Positions 43,201 to 53,079 are shown, counted from the first letter of the stretch. The stretch: 64,000 nucleotides of DNA from an uncultured Erysipelotrichaceae bacterium (GCA_902780395.1 CACZFH010000003.1:2333-66332); one strand, 5' to 3'. Program-made: numbers and translations. Notes: generated from the letters alone by a model not told the origin.

Positions 43201-44836
43201 AGCAGCCCATTATCGTTGTGAAAAATGTAAATTAAGTATCTTTGAAGATGAAAATGGAAAGCCTTATGGAGCAGATTATTCTTCAGGATTTGACTTACCA
43301 GATAAAGAATGTCCAGATTGCCATATTCCAATGATAAAAGATGGACAAGATATGCCATTTGCTACGTTCTTAGGATTTAATGCTGATAAAGTACCAGATA
43401 TAGATTTAAATTTCTCAGATTTAAATCAAGCCAGTGCTCATGCTTATACCAAAGTACTATTTGGGGAAGATAATGTGTATCGTGCCGGAACTATTGGAAC
43501 TGTAGCAGACAAAACAGCCTTTGGTTTTGTCAAAGGATATTGTGAAGAAAAAGGAATTAATGATATGCGTACAGCTGAAATTGAAAGATTAGCCATTGGC
43601 TGTACTGGTGTCAAAAGAACAACCGGTCAGCACCCAGGAGGAATTGTCGTTATTCCAGACTATAAAGAAGTGTTTGATTTTACTCCATTCCAATTCCCTG
43701 CTGAAGATGCAACAGCCGAGTGGAGAACTACTCACTTTGATTACCATTCAATAGATCAATGTTTACTAAAACTAGATATATTAGGACATTCAGATCCAAC
43801 TCAATTAAGATTAATCCAAAATCAATCAAAAACAGACATCTTAAAAGTACCACTAGATGATAAAGACACCATGTCAATTTTTACTTCAACTGATACTCTA
43901 GGAGTAACCAAAGAACAAATAATGTGTAATACAGGAACCTTAGGAATCCCAGAATTTGGAACACCATTTACCATAAAACTAGTAGAAGATACCAAACCAA
44001 CAACTTTTGGAGAGTTAATTAAAATATCTGGATTATCTCACGGAACTGATGTTTGGTTGGGAAATGCTCAAGATTTAATTGCCAACAACATCGTTCCATT
44101 TAAAGAAACCATTGGCTGTCGTGATGATATTATGGTATATCTAATGTATCATGGTGTAAAACCATTAAAAGCCTTTAAAATTATGGAATTTGTAAGAAAA
44201 GGTAAGGCATCAAAAGAACCAGAAACCTGGCAAGAACATGTTAAAACCATGCAAGAAGCCGATATCCCAGAATGGTTTATAAATTCATGTGCTAAAATTA
44301 AATACATGTTCCCAAAAGCCCATGCCGCTGCCTATGTAATATCAGCATTTAGAATTGCTTGGTATAAAGTTCATATGCCTGTGTACTTTTATGCTTCATG
44401 GTATTCATCCAAAGCCACCGATGTCGATGTGGAAAATATGATTATGGGATATAACTCGATAAAAAGCAGATTAGAAGATATCGAAGCTAAAGGTTATGAA
44501 GCTACAAATAAAGAAGCAGGACAAGCTGAATCTCTAAAAGTTGCTTTAGAGGCAACTGCTCGTGGTATAAAGTTCTTACCAATTGATTTATATAAAAGTG
44601 ATGCTACTATCTGGGTAACTAAAAGTGATACTGAAATTTATCCACCATTTAGTGCTATAGATGGGTTAGGAGATACCGTAGCCAAAAATATTGTTTCTGA
44701 AAGAGAAAAAGGAAAGTTCTTAAGTATTGAAGATGTTCAAAAAAGAGCTAAAGTATCTCAAACGTTAATAGATAAAATGAAAGATATGGGTATCTTAGAA
44801 GGCTTACCAGATTCAAATCAATTGACATTGTTTTAA
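40232..44836 (+). CDS. polC: DNA polymerase III alpha subunit, PolC type
   Basis: 1534 aa with PHP motif ELHCHSKMSQMDG, inserted DnaQ-like exonuclease (VVFDFETTGF...HNAKFDTSF), zinc-finger region (CEKC...CPDC) and the polymerase core. Confidence 0.97.
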   Translation: MDDKIKILLDKINMDETSYPYFSDAKITKIKINSKKDSWQIFIDKEELLPTNIYEELEKKKNQLDEKASSIEIIMTIKKQNLETYLDYYKILLKQIKKKLRVLEIYENCLKIEDDFLILIVSNEAEKEKLENCRKEIDNFYKKIGYPFNIEIVVRHEEDVLKEIQKELESVEIKVPEKEPPKAQTEKKVRREGKNPNSLIGRDIKEEPIKIKSLLGEDNNVTVEAKVFGIELFESSKTDFKIITLKITDESDSIYCKIFVREDDEYKRLSKEIKEGNWYKIRGYTKNDAFAKELVLNARDIIALDKKEEKRKDEAEVKRIELHCHSKMSQMDGVIDETDIIKQAMDFGMKAVAITDHNGVQGFPHVFNMVTSHNKKLGENEEPFKAIYGAELTMIDDSVNIVIRPNDSIMLDQTFVVFDFETTGFNAGGVDSIIEIGAVKIKNGEIIEKYDELINPGRKLPEKITEITNITDEMLEGKANEETAVKRFIEWFGDCPMVAHNAKFDTSFLEMAYKKYNLGVFTNPVIDTLELSRTLDNTYARHSLSALVKRYEVPWDETAHHRGDYDAEGTALVFHKMLKKLSNRNIEKMSELDKLVSREEIHKYGRAHHINLLVKNKQGLKNLFKLVSLANTTYLYKTPRIPRSVVEEHREGLLIGSGCYESEVFNEAKSKSDDELSNIIRFYDYVEVQPIECYDHLIQTGDFGTKVEVAANIEKIVRVTEEAGKIIVATGDVHHLKREDKIYREIIVNQKVPGGGRHPLARGGIREIPSNHFRTTNEMLECFDFLGGDKAYEIVVENTNKIADMCEIVEVIPDTGGIPFSPRVKADDGNSYLDCPVVVTDLVYTKAADWYGDPLPYSIEERIATELYGDIVYRIITESLQEKGLSEEEFQKESHKQLHDLLLQGKDKVVEFVGEYVKRTSEEDLDEKGLEKATKKALGGVIGGGFDPIYLIAQRLVKHSNDEGYLVGSRGSVGSSFVATMMGITEVNPLAAHYRCEKCKLSIFEDENGKPYGADYSSGFDLPDKECPDCHIPMIKDGQDMPFATFLGFNADKVPDIDLNFSDLNQASAHAYTKVLFGEDNVYRAGTIGTVADKTAFGFVKGYCEEKGINDMRTAEIERLAIGCTGVKRTTGQHPGGIVVIPDYKEVFDFTPFQFPAEDATAEWRTTHFDYHSIDQCLLKLDILGHSDPTQLRLIQNQSKTDILKVPLDDKDTMSIFTSTDTLGVTKEQIMCNTGTLGIPEFGTPFTIKLVEDTKPTTFGELIKISGLSHGTDVWLGNAQDLIANNIVPFKETIGCRDDIMVYLMYHGVKPLKAFKIMEFVRKGKASKEPETWQEHVKTMQEADIPEWFINSCAKIKYMFPKAHAAAYVISAFRIAWYKVHMPVYFYASWYSSKATDVDVENMIMGYNSIKSRLEDIEAKGYEATNKEAGQAESLKVALEATARGIKFLPIDLYKSDATIWVTKSDTEIYPPFSAIDGLGDTVAKNIVSEREKGKFLSIEDVQKRAKVSQTLIDKMKDMGILEGLPDSNQLTLF

Positions 44837-44876
44837 AAAAATAAAAAAGTTATAATAAAAACAATTAGGAGGATTT

Positions 44877-45938
44877 ATGAAAAAAATAATTGGAATTGTA
44901 TTAATTATGATAGCATTTTGTTTTCCTATCATGATTGAAGCAAAAACCAAAAATGGTTTTTATGCTGATGACGAAGTAGAATTAAATGAAGAGATTGATG
45001 CAACCACCTTTATAGCAGGAAACAATATCGCAGTTAATTCTAAAATAAATGGACTAAACTTTGTAGCTGGTAATAATATTGAATTATCAAGCACCCAAGA
45101 TTACTTATTTACAGCAGGTAATAATATTAAAGCAAATAAAGTAAATGCCAAAGATGCTTTTTTTGCTGGTTCCACCATTCGTATAAAAGAATCTAATATT
45201 AGAGATTTATATGTAGCAGGATCAGTCATTAAAATTAATTCAAACATAGAGAGAAATGCTTATATCGGAGGAGAAAAAGTAACAATAGATGGAAATATCG
45301 GTGGTAATGTTATTATTGATGCTAATACTATCATTATTGAAAAAGACACTATAATAAGTGGAACTCTAAAATATCCCGATAATGCTAAAATAACACTTGC
45401 TGAAAGTGCATCTATTAAAAAAATAAAAGCTTATGAAGTAAAAAGAAAAGAAACAATTGTTACTTGGAAAACAACCATAAAAGAAAAACTATATGGATAT
45501 TTATCATTACTAGTAATTGCCTTTATTCTAATTACCTTACATCACAAATTATTAAAAGGAATCAAAGGTATAAAGAAAGAAATATCTGAAGCCCTAAAAC
45601 TATCTGGTATAGGATTCCTAGTACTAGTAGTAACTCCGGTTGTTGCCATACTTGCTATGATTAGTATTATAGGATTACCACTAGGAATAATCATAGCTAT
45701 GCTTTATGGAATATTATTATACATATCTATGATTCCAACAGCTATTTATCTTGGTAGTTGGGTAATGAATAAGAAAAATCAAAATGATTATCTTGTCTTA
45801 GCCATTTCTCTATTAATCATCTATATGATTAGAATAATTCCAATCATTGGAGGAATAATAGGATTTATCAGTATAATTCTAGGACTTGGAATTTATTACT
45901 ATAATTTTATTAATATTTATAAAGAAGGAAAGAAGTAA
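44877..45938 (+). CDS. Secreted/membrane protein with beta-helix-type repeats (bactofilin/DUF-like 'AGNNI' repeats) and a C-terminal multi-TM domain
   Basis: Signal peptide, reiterated F.AG..I.... units and about four C-terminal TM helices. Confidence 0.4.
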   Translation: MKKIIGIVLIMIAFCFPIMIEAKTKNGFYADDEVELNEEIDATTFIAGNNIAVNSKINGLNFVAGNNIELSSTQDYLFTAGNNIKANKVNAKDAFFAGSTIRIKESNIRDLYVAGSVIKINSNIERNAYIGGEKVTIDGNIGGNVIIDANTIIIEKDTIISGTLKYPDNAKITLAESASIKKIKAYEVKRKETIVTWKTTIKEKLYGYLSLLVIAFILITLHHKLLKGIKGIKKEISEALKLSGIGFLVLVVTPVVAILAMISIIGLPLGIIIAMLYGILLYISMIPTAIYLGSWVMNKKNQNDYLVLAISLLIIYMIRIIPIIGGIIGFISIILGLGIYYYNFINIYKEGKK

Positions 45939-45962
45939 TTCTTTCTTTTATTGTGATATACT

Positions 45963-47102
45963 ATGAGTGGTGATTCCATGAAAAAAATAATAATGAAGAA
46001 AAAAGAAGAAGTCCAAAATGCTTATTTAAAACTACAAAATGAGCATCTCCCAATAGTAATTCAAAATGTCTTAAAAGAAGAAACAAAATATAAGGCTTCT
46101 TTACAAATAGAAGTATTAATTAATGAAAAAGAAGATAAGATAATCCCCATATTAATCAATAATGGTTTTATCAAAGAAGATAATAATCTAATTTATGTAG
46201 GAAAAATACCAGCTAAAATAATAAATGATAATCATCTTACCCTTGAAGAATACTTAAATGATTTTAATGCAGTATTATATGTTAATAAGAAAAAAGGAAT
46301 GACTTCCTTTGATGTTGTTAATGAAATATCAAATCTTTTTGGAATTAAAAGAGTAGGTCATACTGGAACCCTTGACCCCCTAGCAGAAGGAGTAATGTTA
46401 GTATGCATTGGAAAAGCTACTAAAATAGTAGAGTTATTAACTGCAAAAGACAAAGAATACATTGCTGAAGTTCAATTGGGGATAAAAACTGATACTCTAG
46501 ATATTACAGGAAACATACTTGAAGAAAAGGAAGTAGCGAATAATTTAAAAATTAAAGAAACCCTAAATCATTTCAAAAAAACATATCTACAAGAAGTACC
46601 AATATATTCAGCAGTAAAAGTACATGGTAAAAAACTATATGAATATGCTAGAAAAAACATAGAAGTTGAATTGCCAAAAAAAGAAGTAACCATTAAAGAA
46701 ATAGAATTATTATCTTCCAATAATAATACTTTTAAATTTAAATGTTTAGTTACCAAAGGTTGTTACATAAGAAGTTTAATCAAAGATATTGGAGAAGAAC
46801 TAGAAACGCTTGTTACAATGAAAAATCTTACTAGAACTAAACAAGGAAATATTAGTATTATGAACACTAATACCCTAGAAGAAATTGCCAACAATCAATT
46901 TAAATACTATAAAATAGAAGAAGTATTAGATTATCCAATAATTAGCTTAAATGAAGAATTTGTAAAAGAAGTATCCAATGGTATGAAAATACCAAATAAT
47001 TGGAACATTCAAGATAAAGTAATTTTTATGTACAATGGTAAACTACTAGGAATCTATCAAAAAGATTGCAATAATCTAAAAGTATGGAAGAACTTTATAT
47101 AA
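45963..47102 (+). CDS. truB: tRNA pseudouridine-55 synthase TruB with a ~95-aa N-terminal extension
   Basis: TruB core starts near aa 100 (VNKKKGMTSFDVV...GHTGTLDPLAEGVMLV, catalytic Asp). The upstream ~95 aa are in frame with no internal start/SD alternative before the core. Confidence 0.8.
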   Translation: MSGDSMKKIIMKKKEEVQNAYLKLQNEHLPIVIQNVLKEETKYKASLQIEVLINEKEDKIIPILINNGFIKEDNNLIYVGKIPAKIINDNHLTLEEYLNDFNAVLYVNKKKGMTSFDVVNEISNLFGIKRVGHTGTLDPLAEGVMLVCIGKATKIVELLTAKDKEYIAEVQLGIKTDTLDITGNILEEKEVANNLKIKETLNHFKKTYLQEVPIYSAVKVHGKKLYEYARKNIEVELPKKEVTIKEIELLSSNNNTFKFKCLVTKGCYIRSLIKDIGEELETLVTMKNLTRTKQGNISIMNTNTLEEIANNQFKYYKIEEVLDYPIISLNEEFVKEVSNGMKIPNNWNIQDKVIFMYNGKLLGIYQKDCNNLKVWKNFI

Positions 47103-47218
47103 AACAACAAAAGATATAATAAAAAAGGTTGTAAAATAATAAAAATATGATATAATACATAAAGAAAGGAGTGGGAAAGAATAGTCCCACTCTTATTATA
47201 TTATTAAGGAGGTGCCTG

Positions 47219-47473
47219 ATGAAGGAAAAAATATCTGAATTAATAAAAGATTCTATTCAAGAATATAATGTATTCTTAGAGGATGCCTTTGTTGATACAG
47301 AGGATGGAAAGAAAAGATTAAATATTGTCCTAGATAGTGAAGAAATTATTGACTTAAATAGAATTACAGATGCCTCAAGAGTAATCAACAAGTTATTAGA
47401 TCAAGAAAAAAACATCATAGAAGATATAGATGAAGTAGATATTTATTCAAAAGAGAAAGGAGATTGTGAATAA
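47219..47473 (+). CDS. rimP: Ribosome maturation factor RimP, short form (84 aa, N-terminal domain only)
   Basis: AGGAGGTG SD and ATG 47219. Immediately upstream of nusA. Sequence I..L.........G..L.D............L.I..D pattern. About half the usual length. Confidence 0.55.
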   Translation: MKEKISELIKDSIQEYNVFLEDAFVDTEDGKKRLNIVLDSEEIIDLNRITDASRVINKLLDQEKNIIEDIDEVDIYSKEKGDCE

Positions 47474-47474
47474 A

Positions 47475-48683
47475 ATGAATGGAAAAGAATTTAAAAAAGC
47501 ATTAGATAACATCGTAGCTGAAAAAGACATTGATCCAGAAGTTGTATACAATGCTATGGAATTAGCCCTTACATCTGCTTATAAGAAAAACTTCAATTCA
47601 AAAACAAATGTAAAAGTATTATTTGATAGGGAAACAGGAGAAATTAAGGTGTTCTCTTATTTAACAGTAGTACCAGATGATAAAATGACTAAAGAAGAGT
47701 ATGAAGATGCATTATTTGAAAAATATGCAGAAGATGAAGACCTAGATACAGAAGTAAGTGAAAATGACGAAGAAACAGAAGAAGGAGGAGAAGGAGGAGA
47801 CAGCAAGAAAGAAGCAATCTCATTCTTTAATCCAGAAACAGAGATAAAATTAACAGAAGCTAAGAAAATAGATAAGACCTTAGAAATAGGAGATACAATT
47901 GATACAGAAGTAACTCCAAAAGATTTCGGAAGAGTTGCTACTTCAACTGCCAAACAAGTAGTAGTTCAGAAAATTAGAGAAGCTGAAAGAAATAGCATCA
48001 TGGAAGAATTTGGAGATAAACAAGATGAATTATTAATTGGAACTGTTGCTTTAGAAGATACCGATAATTATTTCATAGATTTAGGAAGAACAAATGGTAT
48101 ATTACCAAAGAAAGATTGTATTCCTGGAGAAAAAATAGAAATGGGATCACAAATTAAAGTATATGTTTCAAAAGTCGACAATAATGGCAAGAATTTATTG
48201 ATATTGTTAAGTCGTACTCATTATGGTTTTGTAAAAAGACTATTTGAATTAGAAATCCCAGAGATCAATGATGGAACAGTAATGATTTATAGTGTTGCAA
48301 GAGACGCTGGAAACAGAAGTAAAGTAGCTGTATATTCAGAAAATCCAAATGTTGATCCAATTGGAGCTTGTATTGGTGAAAAAGGAACTAGAATAGCAAG
48401 AATAATTAGTGAATTACATGGAGAAAAACTAGATGTTGTAAAATATGATCCTGATCCAGCTGTATTTATAGAAAATGCATTATCACCAGCTAAAGATTTA
48501 ACTGTAGCAATAACTGATCCAAAAAAATTAGAGGCTATGGTTATAGCTGATGGAGATAACTTTTCTTTAGCAATTGGTAAAAAAGGACAAAATGCCCGTC
48601 TAGCAACTCGTCTAACAAAATTTAAAAAGATTGATATTAAAACAACAGAACAAGCTAGAGAAGCAGGAATTAATTTCCGTTAG
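47475..48683 (+). CDS. nusA: Transcription termination/antitermination factor NusA
   Basis: N-terminal domain with an acidic insertion, an S1 domain and two KH domains (GACIGEKGTRIARI, AIGKKGQNARLATRL). ATG 47475 is better spaced from the AAAGGAG SD than GTG 47466. Confidence 0.93.
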   Translation: MNGKEFKKALDNIVAEKDIDPEVVYNAMELALTSAYKKNFNSKTNVKVLFDRETGEIKVFSYLTVVPDDKMTKEEYEDALFEKYAEDEDLDTEVSENDEETEEGGEGGDSKKEAISFFNPETEIKLTEAKKIDKTLEIGDTIDTEVTPKDFGRVATSTAKQVVVQKIREAERNSIMEEFGDKQDELLIGTVALEDTDNYFIDLGRTNGILPKKDCIPGEKIEMGSQIKVYVSKVDNNGKNLLILLSRTHYGFVKRLFELEIPEINDGTVMIYSVARDAGNRSKVAVYSENPNVDPIGACIGEKGTRIARIISELHGEKLDVVKYDPDPAVFIENALSPAKDLTVAITDPKKLEAMVIADGDNFSLAIGKKGQNARLATRLTKFKKIDIKTTEQAREAGINFR

Positions 48684-48692
48684 GAGGATTCT

Positions 48693-48956
48693 ATGAAAGT
48701 AAGAAAAATACCATTAAGAACTTGTGTAGTTACCAAAGAATCACTTCCTAAGCAAGAGTTAATTAGAATTGTTAGAACTCCAGAAGGAGCTGTAGAAGTA
48801 GACATAACAGGAAAGAAAAATGGTCGTGGAGCTTACATCAAAAAAGATTTAGCCGTTTTAGAAACAGCTGAAAAAACAAAAATATTAGAAAAACGATTAG
48901 AATGCAAGATAGAGGATAGTGTATATGAAGAAATAAAAAATTGGATAGAAAAGTGA
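48693..48956 (+). CDS. ylxR: YlxR/RnpM family RNA-binding protein (DUF448)
   Basis: R.C......P K.ELIR.V and GRGAY motifs. Canonical nusA-ylxR-infB position. Confidence 0.85.
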   Translation: MKVRKIPLRTCVVTKESLPKQELIRIVRTPEGAVEVDITGKKNGRGAYIKKDLAVLETAEKTKILEKRLECKIEDSVYEEIKNWIEK

Positions 48957-48966
48957 GGTGTTAATC

Positions 48967-51108
48967 ATGATGACATTACAAGATTATGCAAATGATGTTG
49001 GAATGAGTGTTGAACAAATAAAAGAATTGTGTGATAAAGTAGGAATTCAGTATGAAGATGAAAATACTTTATTAGATGATATTGGAATAACCCTTCTAGA
49101 TAATGAAATACAAGATAGTGAAGATTATGTAGATGGAAATATAGACGATATAGAAGAAAGAAGATTAGAAGAAGAAGTAGAAGATCGTGCTGAAGAATTA
49201 GCCTTTTCTACAAATATAGATTTAGAGAATGAACAATCATTCACAAAAGTAAAACAAAACAAACAATCACAAAAAACAGAGACTTCTAAAAAAGATTTCT
49301 TAAAAGAAAGAAAAAAGATGTATAAACATCGTGAAAAATTACAAAGCAATGAAGCCATTCAAGATGAAAATGTAATTATTTATAAAGAAGGAATGACTGT
49401 CACTGAATTAGCTACTTTATTAGAAATATCTCCTGTTGAGTTAGTAAAGAAATTAATGGGATTAGGAGTAATGGCATCTGTTAATCAATCTGTAGATTTT
49501 GATAGTGCCGAAGTAATTGCTTCTGAATTTGATAAAGTATTAAAGAAAGAAGAACAAGCAGATATTTCTAATTTTGAAAATTATGAAATAGAAGATAAAG
49601 AAGAAGACTTACAAGAACGTCCACCAGTAGTAACCATTATGGGACATGTAGATCATGGAAAAACAACTCTTTTAGACTATATTCGTAATAGCGATGTTGT
49701 GAGTGGAGAAGCTGGAGGAATAACTCAAGCTATTGGAGCATATTCAGTAAAGTGTAATAATAAGAATATTACTTTTATCGATACTCCAGGACATGCAGCT
49801 TTTACAGAAATGCGTGCTAGAGGAGCTCAAATAACTGATATTGTTATTATCATAGTTGCTGCTGATGATGGAATAATGCCTCAAACAAGAGAAGCCATTG
49901 ATCATGCTAAAGCAGCTGGAGTACCAATTATAGTAGCTATTAACAAAATTGATAAACCAGAAGCTAACATTGAAAGAGTCATGACTGGTCTAGTAGAAAA
50001 TGGTCTAACTCCAGAAGAATGGGGTGGAGATATCATTGTTAATAAGATATCAGCAAAATCAGGAGAAGGTGTAGAAAACCTATTAGAAAATATTCTTTTA
50101 GTAGCAGAAATGCAAGAATATAAAGCTAATCCTTCTCGTTATGCAACAGGTGCAGTAGTAGAATCAAAAAAAGATTCAAAAGTAGGTTCTATTGCGACCC
50201 TATTAATTCAAAATGGTACTCTTCGTTTAGGAGACCCAATCGTAATTGGTAATTTTGCTGGTAAAGTAAGAACTTTAAAAAATGATAAAGGTCAAAATAT
50301 CGTAGAAGCAGGACCATCTACTCCAGTAGAAGTAACTGGTATTTCAGAAGTCCCTAGTGCTGGAGACAAATTCATGGCTTTTGAATCAGAAAAACAAGCC
50401 AAAGAAATAGCTTCAGCTCGTAGTCTTCGTTCCAAAGAAAAAGATTCTAACTTTAGTGGAATGAGTCTAGAAGACTTATTTGGAAGAATTAAAGAGGGAC
50501 AAAAAGAAATAAATGTTGTATTAAAAGCAGACGTAAATGGTTCTCTAGAAGCTGTAAAAAATGCTTTAGAGAAAATTGATGTTGAAGGTGTAAAAGTAAC
50601 CGTTATTCGTAGCGGAGTAGGAGCAATTACAGAAAGTGATGTTGTTCTAGCTTCTGCCTCTCATGCTTTAATCATTGGATTTAACGTACGTGCTAGCTCA
50701 TCTACATTAGATATTGCTAAACAGTATGGAATAGATATTAAAACATATGATATTATTTATAAAGTAGTAGAAGATATGGAAAATGCAATGAAAGGAATGT
50801 TAGATCCAGAATTTGAAGAAAAAGTAACTGGAACAGCTGAAATTCGTCAAATATTTAAATTTTCAAAAGTTGGTTTAATTGCTGGGTGTCATGTTACTTC
50901 TGGAATCATTAAGATAAATAGTAAAGCTCGTCTTATCAGAGATGACATTGTTATTTACAATGGTTCAATCAAATCTCTTCAACATGAAAAAGACCAAGTT
51001 AAAGAAATGAAAAAAGATATGGATTGTGGAATTACTTTAGAAAATTGTCAAGATTATAAAGAAGGAGATATTATCGAAGTCTACGAGCTAGTAGAAGTAA
51101 AACGATAA
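48967..51108 (+). CDS. infB: Translation initiation factor IF-2
   Basis: G domain GHVDHGKTTLLD, DTPGHAAF, NKIDK and conserved C-terminal domains. The start among GTG 48958 / ATG 48967 / 48970 is uncertain. Confidence 0.95.
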   Translation: MMTLQDYANDVGMSVEQIKELCDKVGIQYEDENTLLDDIGITLLDNEIQDSEDYVDGNIDDIEERRLEEEVEDRAEELAFSTNIDLENEQSFTKVKQNKQSQKTETSKKDFLKERKKMYKHREKLQSNEAIQDENVIIYKEGMTVTELATLLEISPVELVKKLMGLGVMASVNQSVDFDSAEVIASEFDKVLKKEEQADISNFENYEIEDKEEDLQERPPVVTIMGHVDHGKTTLLDYIRNSDVVSGEAGGITQAIGAYSVKCNNKNITFIDTPGHAAFTEMRARGAQITDIVIIIVAADDGIMPQTREAIDHAKAAGVPIIVAINKIDKPEANIERVMTGLVENGLTPEEWGGDIIVNKISAKSGEGVENLLENILLVAEMQEYKANPSRYATGAVVESKKDSKVGSIATLLIQNGTLRLGDPIVIGNFAGKVRTLKNDKGQNIVEAGPSTPVEVTGISEVPSAGDKFMAFESEKQAKEIASARSLRSKEKDSNFSGMSLEDLFGRIKEGQKEINVVLKADVNGSLEAVKNALEKIDVEGVKVTVIRSGVGAITESDVVLASASHALIIGFNVRASSSTLDIAKQYGIDIKTYDIIYKVVEDMENAMKGMLDPEFEEKVTGTAEIRQIFKFSKVGLIAGCHVTSGIIKINSKARLIRDDIVIYNGSIKSLQHEKDQVKEMKKDMDCGITLENCQDYKEGDIIEVYELVEVKR

Positions 51109-51116
51109 GACTATTT

Positions 51117-51503
51117 ATGAAAAATACAATAAGAGAAGAATTATCTGAAAAGTACTTAAGAGCATCACTAATCAATGATAATGCATTAGTTATTTATACA
51201 GAGAGTGAAAAAAGTGATTATTTAGTAGATGTCAAAATAAGATACATTAAAGGAAATACTATTAAGGAAGATTATTTAACGTCTATTACTATCGATGATT
51301 TTAAAAGAAAAAAAAATCACCTTATTAAAGTAAATGATGAAAAAACAGAAATTATTATTATGAAAAATGTAGATAATTCCTATCAATTAGACAAAATATA
51401 TTCATTAGAAACTTACTATTTTGAAGCTCCATATTTATTACATCAAAGAAAAGAACAACCTTTTAATAAAAAAGAAAAAGAGTATTTCAAAGAGAAGAGG
51501 TAA
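51117..51503 (+). CDS. Hypothetical 128-aa protein inserted between infB and rbfA
   Basis: ORF tightly packed between infB and rbfA. No recognisable motif, and it does not look like YlxP/DUF503. Confidence 0.35.
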   Translation: MKNTIREELSEKYLRASLINDNALVIYTESEKSDYLVDVKIRYIKGNTIKEDYLTSITIDDFKRKKNHLIKVNDEKTEIIIMKNVDNSYQLDKIYSLETYYFEAPYLLHQRKEQPFNKKEKEYFKEKR

Positions 51504-51507
51504 TTAG

Positions 51508-51864
51508 ATGAAAACAAATATCAAAACAGAACGATTAAATCACGCTATTCAAGAAGAGATTAGTATGATTCTAATGCGAGAAATAAAAGATGAAGCAATT
51601 AAATTCGTTACTATAACAGGTGTAGAAACAACTACTGATTTAAGTTTTTCCAAAGTCTATTACACAGTCTTAGATGACACCAAAAAAGAGGAAACAAAAG
51701 AAGCTTTAGAAAGAGCAGCTTCTTTTATTAGAACAAAACTTGCTGAAAGAATTGAAATTAGGCATACACCAGAATTAAAATTTATCTATGATACATCTAT
51801 TGCATATGGAAATCATATAGAAAAAATAATAGAAGAAATAAAAGAAAAAGAAGAAAAAAACTAA
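51508..51864 (+). CDS. rbfA: Ribosome-binding factor A
   Basis: 118 aa. R......I......I...I.D......TIT.VE...DLS..KVY and R..P.L.F..D motifs. Confidence 0.9.
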   Translation: MKTNIKTERLNHAIQEEISMILMREIKDEAIKFVTITGVETTTDLSFSKVYYTVLDDTKKEETKEALERAASFIRTKLAERIEIRHTPELKFIYDTSIAYGNHIEKIIEEIKEKEEKN

Positions 51865-51928
51865 TTTTTCTTCTTTTTATATCAAGAAATGTTATATAAT
51901 AAAACTCAAAAAGAAAGGATATGAAAAA

Positions 51929-52336
51929 ATGACACTAAAAGAATATAATGAAAGAATGATAATAGGGGAACCAATATATTTAAATGATAATACAGCAATA
52001 GAATGGATTCTAAGCAAGGAATCAGAACAAGTAAATGCTACACTTAACTATATGGGTAGCTATGGTAAATTAACAACAAAAAAAATATTACAAATACCAG
52101 CTGAGTTATTTGAACAAGAATCTAAAGAGTTATTACTTATTAGTGAGAATAACAAATATGTAGCAGTCTTACATAGAAATAATTCTAAAAATCGCGTATT
52201 ATCTACTTTATATGATATAGAAAGATTTGATCTATCACCTTGTGATGAAGTTGAAAATGATTTCAAAGGAATGTTTTTTAGCAAGAATTTTCCAAAACAT
52301 TCTATAAATAATAATTACAAAGTATTTACCAAATAA
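51929..52336 (+). CDS. Hypothetical 135-aa protein
   Basis: AAAGGA SD-like element. No motif recognised. Confidence 0.35.
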   Translation: MTLKEYNERMIIGEPIYLNDNTAIEWILSKESEQVNATLNYMGSYGKLTTKKILQIPAELFEQESKELLLISENNKYVAVLHRNNSKNRVLSTLYDIERFDLSPCDEVENDFKGMFFSKNFPKHSINNNYKVFTK

Positions 52337-52413
52337 AAATAGAGAAAGATTAATTCTTTCTCTTTTCATGTCATAAAGAATATGCTACAATAAAGAAGAA
52401 TAGGAGTGATAGT

Positions 52414-53079
52414 ATGAAAAAATGGATTCTATTATTAATTATTGTATTATCACCTCTAATGGTAGTTGCCAAAACAACAACAGAAGAAGATGTTATGACA
52501 TTTATCAAGGATATTCAAAATATTCAAGTAGATGATAATGTTGTAATAGAAAAAACAACAGTAACAGAAAGAGAAATAATATTAGAAGTAAAAGAAAATA
52601 ACAAAATAGAAGAAAAACATATCTCTTATAATTGGAACAATCATATTCTAACATTTTTAGGAGGAACAATAAGTAAAGGTCAAGAACCAAATGATAATCA
52701 ATATGCCTTTTATCTATATGCCATCTTAGAAAACAAAACGACTTGTCCTTATGAAGAAAACCATTATTATAATCAATCATTAATTAAAAAAATAGTGGAA
52801 AATCATTCTGAAAAAGAAATAAAAGATTATAATACTGGAAATACATTTTCACTTCTATTAACCGAGAATGAACCAAATCTATATCAAATAGCCTATCAAT
52901 ATAATCTAGCAGGAGATGATGCATCTCTAATAACAACAGAAGATTTTAATCAAGAAGAAATACTAACAAATCCTAATACAGGCAACATCCATTTTTATGT
53001 AACTATACTGTTAATTATTATGTTAGGAATAACTGCTTATACCTATTGGGGTAAAGACCCTATTGAAAAAGGAGTATAA
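52414..53079 (+). CDS. Secreted 221-aa protein with a C-terminal NPNTG + hydrophobic helix + short charged tail (possible sortase-type sorting signal)
   Basis: N-terminal signal peptide (MKKWILLLIIVLSPLMVVA). C-terminus ...LTNPNTGNIHFYVTILLIIMLGITAYTYWGKDPIEKGV. Confidence 0.4.
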   Translation: MKKWILLLIIVLSPLMVVAKTTTEEDVMTFIKDIQNIQVDDNVVIEKTTVTEREIILEVKENNKIEEKHISYNWNNHILTFLGGTISKGQEPNDNQYAFYLYAILENKTTCPYEENHYYNQSLIKKIVENHSEKEIKDYNTGNTFSLLLTENEPNLYQIAYQYNLAGDDASLITTEDFNQEEILTNPNTGNIHFYVTILLIIMLGITAYTYWGKDPIEKGV

